The position numbers were made by a program, and so were the translations under genes. 64,000 nucleotides of DNA from Tricharina praecox (taxonomy: Eukaryota), in assembly GCF_024521635.1 (NCBI RefSeq), contig NW_026250417.1, forward strand, positions 496,001-560,000, given 5' to 3'. This document shows, one piece after another, positions 1-14,571 of this stretch; positions within the stretch are counted from its first letter, which is position 1; every line of letters starts with the position of its first letter. The notes beneath the pieces are model-generated. The model did no database searches. It was given only the letters and a program-made list of their open reading frames with translations, and had not been told where the DNA came from.

Positions 1-1488
<1,488 letters not shown>

Positions 1489-4379
1489 TTCGGGGGTGAT
1501 GTAATGTCGTAGTCGTTGAAGGGTTGATAGTTCTCGCGCAGAGTGACGGAGGTAAGGAAGGAAGGAAAACTCAAACCGTGAAGTCGAGCGGGTAGTAGTG
1601 CCTTTTGAATGAACGGTGGGAGGTCTTGATGTAGATACCGTAGGGTTTGAGAGCGGGAAGGTGGTGGCGGTTGAGGCTTTCTCTTCGACGACGGCTATCC
1701 AACGGACTGGATGGTGGATCGGTTGAGTGTTGACCGACGGAATCCCGTAGTCCAGCTGGAGTAAGATTGGTTCTGCGGAAAGAGTGCAGCGGGAGAAGTG
1801 GAGGTAGGTAATGGCAGGAATGAGTGAGAGGGGGAGCTTTTCTTTTCTTTCGTCGTTCTTTGCCGGACCGCTGGCGCCGATCCAAACAACACCACTCACA
1901 CCCACACATCGCACTACCCACCTCCATACATCGGATCTATGGACTTGGGAGATTTTTATTTCCGCAGTCATTCGAGGCCCGAGTTCATGCAGGCCCCTAC
2001 ATAGAGTATACCCGCATCCTCCTGCTGGTCCTGGGCAATCCTCGCCATCGTACCGGTATGCTGTGACACTCCAGTGGTCGTGGTTAGAGTACTCTAGGTA
2101 GGATTCAGAAGCTCACGCGGTGTAACAGCCTACCGACCATCCCGACACCCCTCTTGCTAGTATCTCTCGCTTGTGCCGAATCCAATTAGAGTTATTAGGA
2201 ACGTTAGCCGCTAGCGTTCGGCGTATGCGCTCGCGAAAAAATGTCTTGTTTCTGGCTGGCTCACCAACCCAATTTTATCCCGGTGGAGCTTGGGATGATA
2301 GTCCACACTACAATTATACTATAATACGGGGTACGAAGCGAAGTCGCTAGAATACCAACTAGTAAATGGTCGATTGCGAGGCGAATGGGAGGTTGGAGGC
2401 TTCTTCGCTGGGCCAAGAGTCCGGAACTCCGTCGACTATCTTTCCGCACCTTAAAAAGCAAAGGCGAATACTTTACAATGTACCGGCACTCTTGAGTTTG
2501 GGGGGTTTCAGCTCCTATTCCTTTGTTCATCCTTCACTTCTGACCGCGAGCAGTGGCCAGTCGAAAGCGCCACTTCGGACTCTCGCGCTCTCGGAAGTCC
2601 GTTGTTGTCGTGCACTTGAACCCTCCATTCATGTGCCACGGCAGCCCTCGGTGCGCATCCCTCTGTTTTGGGCCGATCCGCCAGCGTGGATGTGGGTGGT
2701 GGGAGTTGAGATTGGGTCGGATCAACTTTCAGCCGCCGCCACAGAGGGTTGTACCGCCTCCGGGATCTCCGGTTTATTATCGAGGAGCGTGGGCACCGGC
2801 ACCATGCGAAAAATGTTCGCGGGTATCGCCGATGTCGGCAGCGATGTGAGTAATAACGGGATACTCTCTTGCGTTGCAGTCGCTAGTGCACACTAACCAC
2901 TTAAAAGAATTAGCACTGCCACACCTTCACTCCCACCGTACAATTTATGGCATCACTTGGCGCGTTGACTGACTCTTGGCGCGCTGACCCAGCGCGCTCA
3001 CTGGAGTGGAAACATGTATGCACGCGGCGACATCACCATCACTCGGTTTCTCAATCAACTAGAAATCGAAGTATTTAGGCAACCGCATCGCCCAGTGGGC
3101 TCAGTGAACTGGAAATAAAAGTATATAGGCAACTGCATCACCCGGTGCGCTCTGTGAAATGTCGCGACAGGAAATGGAGAGACAAAACACTCTCGGCAAA
3201 TAAATCTATTACAATTCTTCCACTTGTTCATTTTGTGGGTGGAGTCAATTGTGTCAAGTGTCCCCATTTTTGTAGAATCTCAACCCGCGATGGCAACACC
3301 AAAACCATTACCCAATGGAGTACTTTCTTTGAATCGAGGACAGAGAAATCTTTCTGAACGATGGTATTCGCGGTGAGTCGGCAAAGACACTGTGGTACCT
3401 ATCCGCGACGACAAAACTGTGGTATCCGCGACGCGAAACTGTGGTATTCAGGGCGAGGAAATTGCCAAAAAGCAGGAGCTGTCAGTCGGACAGCGAAGGA
3501 CAGTGAACTTACCAGCGGATGATTCGTTGCGGAGACAGTGTGCTGTCCGTGTCGCGGAAGGTGTGTACGTGGTAAATGTTTGGTGATGGTAACGCGTCTG
3601 CAAAAGGATGCCCGCCCTGAACGGATATCCCCTGAGCACTGTGGCGCTGTACTTTTTTTATTTTGTTTTTATTTTATTTACTGCCGCAGTAAAGAGTTTA
3701 GCGCTGAAACGCAGGACCTACCCCCGTAATAACTGCAGCAGCGGGCCGAGACCGCACGGCTGTTGACTCATACTGACGTCGACGGACTTGTCTTTCATTC
3801 GCTAGGTGGGTTTTAACTTTTGGAGTGTGGTTTTCTTAGCCAATAGGCACTTGATCGGCTGGACGCAGCCCTTCAGCGGGCTCTCTCGAATACCGTTACC
3901 TAAGTAGAAGAGTACTTGTGTACTTACTTTTTTTGTCTTGTTGGCGCTTGCGGCGTCAATCTACTGTCGTATGCGTTCCGAAAGAAACGAGGGTTTCTTC
4001 AGGTGTCTTTCATGAGACATGACTGTTGGCGTCGGCGATGCTCAGTGGTGGTTTCGGTCTATTGATGGAGACAGGCTGTATGCGATAATAAATCGATTCT
4101 TTCTCTCTACCTATTGATGGATAGTCGCCATGGTCTGGACGGGCCGTATGCGACAATAAATTGGTGTTCTCTCACTCTCTATTGATGAAGAATCCGGTCT
4201 AACCGTCCGCCTAGATGCGGAACGTCATCAGAGACCTGACACGTACCAGCAGACGACTGCACTCGTCGGTGAAGTGAGAACACGATGAGACTGAGACAGG
4301 ATGACTGTCTCGACGTAAATGCACCGGACTGGTATGATACAAGATCACTTATATTTGCCCTTTATACTTGGCGAAGAAC

Positions 4380-5460
4380 ATATCCCAGGTGAGGAGAAAC
4401 ATAATGGAACTCGATTCCCATGATTACTTATCCACAACCAACCGGCCCACAAAGGCGTCCCTGGGGAACGAAATGGCCGACGAATGGGCCAAGCTGGCAG
4501 TTGGCAACCCCACCGCCCGTGGAGTGCGGGGCCCCCGCTAATTACCTCAACCAGTGCGGCTCCCCCGTCACTCGCCCACCAGAAGTGCGGCATCACGGAG
4601 GCCAAGTGGAAGAAAGCCAAGTCATGAGCCAAAGCAAGAGTCACCAACAAGAAGCACCTGCACAGCGGCACAGCCGGAAACCTTGCCAGAAACCGGGCCC
4701 GATCCCAGCCATGGGCCCCCAAGCGTCTGGTCTCGAGATTCTACCAGCTGGAGACGGGGCATTGCCCCTCCGGCCAGTCCATCCAGTGGAAAAAGAGCCG
4801 CTCCGACGCTCGGTGCCGATGGTAAAATATCACTACAAGACTCACATCCGGGAGCACCTCTTCAAGTGCTGTCCCGGATGGAAGAGCCAGCAGAGGATCC
4901 TGTGGACAGAGGCTCGAAAGGGGACGGGGAAGGGGGGAGGAGGCGGGGCAAGGATCGCTTCAAGATCCGTGACCTTTTCGCGGACGAGCGGTGCAGCCAG
5001 GCCATCTTGGGCTTTCTCGCCGCCACCACTGATGTGGGGGGGCGGATCCTGGAGGTTGCTGGGGAAGATTCAGCCGGTGAGGTGTCCGAGTGGGAGCGCA
5101 GGGAGCGGGAAGAGAGCCAGGCGGAGAGGAGGCGAGAGGAGGAGGAAGAGGAGGGCGCTGGGGTCCAGGCGCCGGGATCCCTCCCCTGTTCCCCACACAC
5201 CCTCCTTCATGGCATCTCCTGGCGAAGAGGCAGGAGGTGGGGCCGGTGTAACTTAGTAGACGCTTTTTTTCCTAGCTTTTTTCTCTGGTGGGCCTACATG
5301 TATCTCCGGGGAAGACCAGGGCGGAGGGCAGGAGAAGCCACATTGGGCGGCTTGACGAAAGTTGAGTTGGACAGTGGACATGGAGACGATGTGTGGTTGT
5401 ATATCTATTGCCTTGATCTAGATAGGTCGTATACAATAAATGATATATCGAAGGAAAGAA
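4380..5460 (+). mobile_element. Decayed 3' part of a non-LTR (LINE, Tad/I-group-like) retrotransposon: RNase H end, Cys/His C-terminal region, 3' UTR
   Basis: 4442-4499 reads PAHKGVPG/NEMADEWAKLA (RNase H HxGxxGNExAD motif, 1-nt frameshift). It is followed by KRLVSRFYQLETGHC..ARCRW*, REHLFKCCPGWKSQQRILW and KDRFKIRDLFADERCSQAILGFL in shifting frames, and ends with AATAAA and an A-rich tail. A homologous copy is at 61083-61757. Confidence 0.85.
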
Positions 5461-8400
5461 GCGCCGGCCTGAGCTGTTGCTTGATATGATTCATGCTGTT
5501 AGCCATGGTGAAATCAATGATTTCGAGCATTGCTCCTACGCACATGTTGGCCCCGAGATAACACTGGTAGTAGGATTAAACACGAGGAAGGAGTCTCCAA
5601 ATCCTACCGAAGGGTTAGGAGGTTTCCAATTTTGATACGAGTGTTATGAACTTCAATCTAGAGATATCGCTACTTCCAGCATAATTCTAGGTATTCACGT
5701 AACATATTACATAGGAAATGAGCGACGAGGATGCCATCCATTTAAATGACAACATAACGTAATAGAGAATCTCATGAAAGCATATATCCCAAAGAAAAGA
5801 GAGCTTTTCAACCAAAGCTCTCTCACCGACGGAAGGTGTAGGTACTGGACTGGGCACTGTGGCCATCCAAGCGCCTCAAAAGTTCAAATTTTATGGAAGA
5901 ATAGAAGCAACACCGAAGACGGTGTACACGCTCCCATGTACTTAGCAGCCATCTCATAAGTAAAAATCATCCAATATTCTCCTCCGATATATTCTTTAAT
6001 TCTTACAACCGTCAATCCTACACATGTGCCAGCATCGTTGCCATTGATATCGTTTCATCATCCAACCTATCCTTCTCCTATCTCCCCCTCAGTTTCATTC
6101 TCTTTCTCTCCATCCAGCCTTTCCTTCTCCTATCTCCTCCTCCATCTCCATCTGGGAGCCGAACTCCCGAAGCCTACCACAGTAGCTTCGACGGTAACGT
6201 AGTTGCCCACGGAGTCCTGGGACTCCTCCGGGATGCGTGAATCTCCGGCATCGGTGTCCGCCGAGACGTACGTCGAGGGAGAGCTGCTGCAGAAGCTCTA
6301 TCTGGTTCCTGCCGGTAGCTTCACCGGACATCTGTTCTCTTCCTCTCCACCTAGCCTTTCCTCCTGCTATGATATCCGGCATCGTGCTAGAAACTCAGAG
6401 TTCACTGAGGTCCACCAGAGCAGTGAGCACGTCAGAGAGCTCCAGCCACGACAAGACGTTGCGAAGGAGAAAGTGCTGAGTTGGTGGTGTAGGTGGCTGA
6501 GGCCCCACCGAGTGGGTTCTGCGGAGGTTAGATAATTGAAACCATACAACACGGCAAAGACTAACATACCATCACAGAACTTCCGAGCGGGCCAAGCGGC
6601 GGCAGCGCACGGGGCACCTCTTCTGAGAGTCCTCCACTCCCGGAGGCATTGTTTCGATGATCCATCGGCTCGGGCTGCATAAGTACAGCGAGCGACTTGG
6701 TAGTAGATCTATCTGGTGCAGAACTCCTGGCGAACTGGCGTCCACAGGTGACTTGAACCGCAAAAATGATGATGACTTGAACGGCAAAGATGTTGATGGA
6801 AGAGATAGATGACCGTTGTTGTCGTTGTGAGGATGGATATTTAAAGGAGGATGGACTGCGTTGGACTAGTCCAGTTCATAAAAATAGGTGATGATAGACG
6901 ACCCGTCAAACATTTGATGCCGCAGTGCGCACAAACAGTCGGTGTGACTAGCGGATTGGAACCCCACCGAATTCGGTAAAAGCAACGTCATGTCGTCACC
7001 ACAAATCTTTCAACCCCCACGTGAAATTGCAAACACCACTCTCGTATCCGGCCTTGCACCTTCATCTTCTCACTTTCAACCACTATCCTATCAAGATGCT
7101 TTCGCTCGCTACCGTCAACGCCTCGTTCACTTGTTAAGAAAAAAAACACTAGGTACCGCCAGAGGTAGGACTGAAGTACCTGCTCGAGCATATCCACCAT
7201 GACTCATGAGTGCAGAGCCTAGGCGAATCTTTGGTGCGGCCAAGACGACTCTCTCTGATCACCGCTGCAGCATGGGTGATGACTCACGGGAGGCACAGGA
7301 ATGTCTCGGAAGCTGGTCAAGAATGAACTTGTAGTTTCTTCTGCAAAGGACGATAGGAATCCCAATCGCCCGCCCCGTCCGCGCTAAGGCAAACTCGCGG
7401 ATGAACTACGGCTAGCAGACATCAGAATACGAGGTCTGAAAATACAGCAATCCAAGGAGTCAAGGGAACTGCCTACGGTTTTGTACAGTATGGTCCTTCA
7501 CCGCCCGGAAATGCCCACACTCTTTAAAGGACCGCAGTCCGCCACACCGTTACAATGGACACACATATTTAACCACCTATCCTCAAAGCTCATCGTGAGT
7601 GCTACCCGCTTCATGTGCTCTGTTTGCCGGTTCATGTCCAAGAGCATTTTCTCCGCTATAAACTCGGATCCCTTGCTTCGTTGGGTCACTCCTTAAAGCA
7701 GGCATCTGTGGATATCTGTGGGCATCTGTCGTCTTCCGCAGTCTTTAGAGTTTAGGACGGCGGATGACGCAGGCTGATGCCTACCGTCGGACGATTGGGA
7801 TGTCCGGAAGACGATATCAAGGAGATGGAGACCATGCTTGTTGCACTCTGTGAGGGGATTTACAAAATCTTTGCTATAAACCTATAGAAACCTCATCACT
7901 GATTTGCGGTTTGCTTGCACATATCAGAACTATCTTCGCAGACTTTATATCCCGAGCTGGGCTATGAATAGTACACACCGAGTGATTCGACATCATTTTA
8001 CTATCGGCCTCGGAAAAGTGATAGCATATGTCCTGACAGAGATCTCGGAAGATAGTAGACTAGGTACTTAAGGTATCGACCCCTCGCAATCCCCCCATTT
8101 GGTTTCGCAATGGTGGACATATCGGCGTTAAGTACCATTTACGAAATCTGACTGGGAGAATCGGCTGATTTCCCATGGAAACCGGTCCCCAATCAAGGAT
8201 AATGGTAGTCGTGAATTTAGCTGCCGAACGAGGGGATCTGGATACCTTTGGGTGGATTATGTTCTTGGCTGTTCGTTTGACTGCATTTTCTTTTGCTTTT
8301 GCCAATGGTTGGATCATAGCGGTAGACTGCTAGCAGTGGATGGTACATAGACGGACGGCGAGCGATGGTCCCTCTTCTCCCTCTGCTAGTTCCCTTCACC

Positions 8401-8668
8401 AAAACATACGATGCCACATCATAACTCGGGTGGTTACAGGTTCTTTCGGGTGCACTCGAGCCTACCCCAAACCGGCAGCTCATAGTTAGCGGTCTCCAAA
8501 AAACCCACATGATCCCGCCTTCACGAATTCTGCGGGGTCCGTGCTGGGATCACCGAGGATGTCACTCGTAAGTTCGTAACGACGCATTGGCGGTTCACGT
8601 AAGCAGCTGTACGACAAGCTTCACACGCCCACAGGTATCTTCAAAGCTTCCCACTCCCATTGGTATCA

Positions 8669-9172
8669 TCAAAGACTCCCCCTGCCCGCCGCCTTGATGC
8701 CCTCCTCTCCGTGAACCAGTACGCACGCTCCCTCATACCCCAGCTCCTGCTGATGCCCGTACACCACCACCTCCAGCCCCCTCTCCTTCGCCAGCGCCAC
8801 ACACGCCTCATCCCACGCGCCCGGCTGCATCCACACGCGCTTCACTCCCGCGTCCGCCGCTTCCTCCAGCACCTGCCGCGTGATCCCTGGCGGCGTGATG
8901 ATGCTCACGCTCGTTTCTGCGGGCTTCGGGAGGTCCCGCACGTTGCGCACTGTCGGGATCGAGAGGACCGCCGTGGTCTTCGCCGACGGGTTAATTGGTG
9001 TTGCTGGGAGCGAGCGGGATAGGTACCACGCGAAGACTACGGGGTTGTTAGTGGGTGAGCTGCTGGAGGGGGGGAAGCGCGAACCTTTGTGCCCGTATTT
9101 GGACGGGTCCGTTGAGGCGCCCACGACGGCGTAGAGGGGGCTGCGGAAGAAGGTGCGGATTTGGGATTCCAT
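8669..9172 (-). CDS. CoA-binding domain protein (YccU-like)
   Basis: AVVGASTDPSKYG, TPINP, SVSIITPP, VWMQPGA and ACVLV motifs. One 48-nt intron at 9037-9084 (GTTCGC..CTAAC..TAG). Confidence 0.9.
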   Translation of the reverse strand: MESQIRTFFRSPLYAVVGASTDPSKYGHKGSRFPPSSSSPTNNPVVFAWYLSRSLPATPINPSAKTTAVLSIPTVRNVRDLPKPAETSVSIITPPGITRQVLEEAADAGVKRVWMQPGAWDEACVALAKERGLEVVVYGHQQELGYEGACVLVHGEEGIKAAGRGSL

Positions 9173-9736
9173 TGTTAGTGGGTGCTAAGTGGGTTTGCGA
9201 TGGCGATGAGTTGTGATATCTATGCATGGGCGGTGGACGGTGGATGCCGAGGTAGATACTGGATGATGTCATGTTCATGGCATATCACCAGCTATCAGGA
9301 GTTTTATGACAACGTCAATTCACTTCGTTCTGAAGCTTGGAATTAAGTCCGTTACTTGGAATTGTCCATCCAGGCTTGCCTCGGGGGTTGTGAATAGCTT
9401 CTCCACAAGAAATTCAGATCTATATTCTTCGCCAGCAATTAACGTCAAGCTTAGATACAATAGCTGTTTGCAATGCCATTCACCCTTGATGAGGGCACAA
9501 ATAGTACCAGTATTGAGATTACCAGAAACAGCAGCAGCACAACTAAGCCTTTCTACAAATTCACTATCTCTCCCAGTGTAGAAGATTCTTCACATTCGGA
9601 TCGAAAGTCACATTTAATCACGAACACCACAGAACCTGAACATTGACTTCAGATGATCCTTTCCATTCCGTTCCCTTCGCTAAAATATACATTCCAAGTT
9701 CAATCAAAGCGCCAGCGCATCGTTTCCACTCACCAA

Positions 9737-10124
9737 TCACTCCTCGTCCTCGTCCTTCGACTGACCGCCATGGCTAGCACGGCCGCCCTTTGCGGCGATC
9801 TCACGGACTTCCTCCTTAGGACTGTTCGCGCTGTCAGCGAGATGGCGGTGGAAAGTTATGGGAAGGGGGGAGGGAGTGCTCACCGGTTGGCGAAGTTGCC
9901 AGGGTTGGTGTTCTGGGTGCCGCCGGAGTGGGACTGGGTAGAGCTGTCGTCGTCGTTGTCGTTGGAGCTCCTGCCGCCGTGGCTGGCGCGGCCACCCTTC
10001 GCGGCGATCTCGCGGACTTCCTCCTTGGGACTACTCATGGCTGTCAGAGATGTAGAAATGGAAAGTGGAGCGAGGAGGCTAACCGGTTGGCGAAGTTTCC
10101 GGGGTTGTTCTCGGCTGACGACAT
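9737..10124 (-). CDS. con-10: Conidiation-specific/stress protein Con-10 (KGG repeat)
   Basis: Spliced product MSSAENNPGNFANR|PKEEVREIAAKGGRASHGG..NTNPGNFANR|PKEEVREIAAKGGRASHGGQSKDEDEE*. Introns 10031-10083 and 9822-9883. TATA-like TATATAA near 10250. Confidence 0.93.
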
Positions 10125-11071
10125 GGTGATTGTTATGTGGAGGGTGTCGGTGGGTTTGATGTTTAGAATTTTGTGAGTGTAGATATGTAGAGTGTGTGAG
10201 GGTATGTTCGGACTGTTGATGGGAGAAAGGGACGGTGGAAGACGGGAGTTATATAGAATTTCCGTCCCCATTCCCACCCGCTTCAGACCTTCCGAGCACT
10301 CTCCAGCTTTCCACAACCCGCCTCAGTCCGCAACAGGATGACATCTCTGTGACGTCCCTCGTACCCGCTCCAGTCACAGAGAGCATCAAACCGGGGGAGA
10401 AGTCCCGCCGCTTTCAGGTACGGCCGTGATCTACAGCGGCCGACCCAATTACGCTGCCGAGTGACACTAAGTGAAGTGCTAGCGGCTTGTGCGGCGATGA
10501 TCATGCCGATGATGTCCGCTTGATGTCACCGCCCGCCCGGCTCAACAACCAGGCTGCAGCTGCAAACGCAAGCATAACCCGTGGGGAATCGTCGATCAAC
10601 TCCCCATATTGTTCCGGGATCATCAAAAGTTCCAGGAAATCATCCCGCTGCACCCCAATCCGCACCCCGCGATCGGCGGCCCCGGACAGTCGATCCGTAC
10701 AGCCAGTGACTCTTACAGTCATGCAGCAGGATGTGCGGTCACGGTCACGACATTGCTCCATAGGAGAAAAAGAAGGATGGTAGAATATGGTACAAACGAT
10801 GCAGGAGAAATTGACGAAGAAGCAGAAGAAGAAAAAAGAAAAGAATATGTAACAGAGACAAGAAAAGTGAGTGAGCGGGAAGCCACAACACTGCAAACAA
10901 AAAGCAATACAAAAAACAGTACGTAAAAGTTACAATCCTCCCCTCCCCCCAGCTCCAGCGAAAATAAAACAATCCAAAAGACCCCTAGGTGATGAAAGAT
11001 GCAAAAGCAACAATGGACACGCAAAACTCAATGGATATCACCTCGACATCTCGACCAAAACATGCAACCAC

Positions 11072-11831
11072 TCACATCGTCATCTCAACCTCCCCTTCCA
11101 CCCCCTCCCCCCTCAACCACTCCACGCCCCTCACCAACCGGCCCACAACATTCTCCCACCGGTTCGCCATGTTATCGCAGCACCCCCTGGCCCCCCAGCC
11201 AATAGGCAGCACCATCCTTGCGCGTCCCTCCGCATCCAACACCACAACCGCATCCAGCGCAACCCTCCCCCCACCAAGCGGATGCAGCAGCCCAAGCCGT
11301 TTCGTAAGCATACTCTGCGCGTCAAAGACTACGCATTTCATCAGCCCTCTTCCCCTCCTCACTCGGGTGGGGAGGTATGGAATACTAACCAACCGGCACA
11401 CCCCTCCCTTGCCCTTGCCCGTGCCCCATCCCCTGCCCCTCCGCACCCGCACTCACGGCGAAAACCTTCGCGCCCATCCCGCCCAGTAGGCCCTTAACCG
11501 CGGCCACCGCGCGCAGCGTCATCTCGCCATCAAAGCCGAGAAACACGAGGACCGTGAACTCGCCAGCGATGAGCTCGCCGACCGGGCGCTGCTGCAGCAC
11601 CTCCCCCGACGGGAGGAGCACGTCGACCGGCGCCGATGCGTCGATGCGCGTCGATACGCGGGTGCTGTGGGTGCGCTCCAGCACCCAGCTGGGCCGCTCG
11701 AAGGTCACGCATGTGCGCTTGGGCGTCGAGGGGGCCGGCCCCGTCAAGTCGGTGTACGTGCGCTTGCGGGAAAGGTGCGGGAGCGGGAGTGCGAGCGGTG
11801 CGGTGGGCGCGGAGGCGGAGAGGAGCGACAT
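11072..11831 (-). CDS. Thioredoxin-fold, AhpC/TSA (peroxiredoxin)-like protein without an evident peroxidatic Cys
   Basis: Two exons (intron 11329-11389). FTVLVF..AKVFAVS..VPVVFDAQSMLTKRLGLLHPLGGGRVALDAVVVLDAEGRAR parallels the Prx pattern (VLFF..VxxVS..PLLxD..IAxxYGV..ALRxxFIIDxxGxxR). Confidence 0.65.
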
Positions 11832-11906
11832 GGTGGTTGTGATGCCGGCGGTCGGGCGTTCGGGAGGGAGGGAGGGTGCGGAGTTGTGGCTGGCTGACAG
11901 TAGACG

Positions 11907-11941
11907 GTGGACAGTGGACGGTGGACAGTGGACGGTGGACA
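11907..11941. repeat. (GTGGACR)5 heptamer tandem repeat
   Basis: Five alternating GTGGACA/GTGGACG units. Confidence 0.9.
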
Positions 11942-12817
11942 GGATCGTGACTTTGCGAGGTACGCCTCTGCCTGTCTGTCTACGGGGTGTGGTGGTAGCA
12001 GCGGAGCGGTGAAGAAAGTAAGTGCAAGTAAGTACAGTAGTCCATGCAAATGTTTTGATTACGCCGTTTCGGTACTAGTCCTTTTATCCCTCTCCACGCT
12101 CTCCCTTCCCTCCGCCCATCCCCCTCGATTCTCGTCGCTTCAAGCAACACCCGGCCCGGCAGCCCACACACGCTGCACAGTGAGAATGCGGGGTAGACTC
12201 TACTCCATCAGGCCGTGACCGGAATAGCCCTGCTCTGCGCTCTGCGTGTATAGTACGACACATGACAGACATCAGGCGTATGACTACGGATGAATGTGAG
12301 GAGATGGGTGAGTGGTAGGGTGGGTGGGGTTGCCAGGGTGATTCGCGTCGCGTAGAGTGGTGCACCCTGGGGCCTGGTGAGAAACTAGCCGCGTAGAGTT
12401 TCCCTACCTACACGAGGGATGTGAAGAGTGGCGCGGAGCATGTATCCCCCTGAGAGAACAGTGAACACGTAACGATTCGCCTCCCGTTTTTGCAATAATG
12501 TCACAATGTCACCTGATTTTTGTACGGGGTGAATCCACAGCAAAGCAGTACAGTCCACCAGAGCATCACTCGACAAGTGCGATTTCCTCAGAGTTCCATC
12601 TCACTTCATTCCCTCATTAATGTACCAAATAAGGATATCTACACTTCGTCATCATCCACATTCCATTCCATCCCATATCCAACATTACACCAGCACTAAC
12701 GCGCAAAGAACCTCAAAAATAGGATATTAATTGCACACATAAGAGTAGTCTAAACAGCAAACAACCAAAAGAACCTTGCTCCGTACGTCCGTATGTCATA
12801 TGCTAATACATGAAAAT

Positions 12818-14571
<1,754 letters not shown>

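Noticed and set aside
1489..1971. 161-codon in-frame extension upstream of the MFS start
   Set aside because: No transporter-like character and it spans a pyrimidine-rich promoter/leader. The ATG at 1488 gives a normal DHA2 N-terminus.
3360..3450. Degenerate ACTGTGGTA(..)TCCGCGACG repeats as a CRISPR-like array
   Set aside because: Eukaryotic context, only 2-3 adjacent imperfect units, no unique spacers and no cas genes.
4420..5489. 278-aa and 311-aa ORFs as real genes
   Set aside because: They are mosaics of frameshifted LINE ORF2 and 3' UTR sequence.
8669..8680. Peroxisomal PTS1 or stop read-through at the CoA-binding protein C-terminus (GSL)
   Set aside because: GSL is a poor PTS1, and the stop is a double TGA TGA without the TGA-CTA read-through context.
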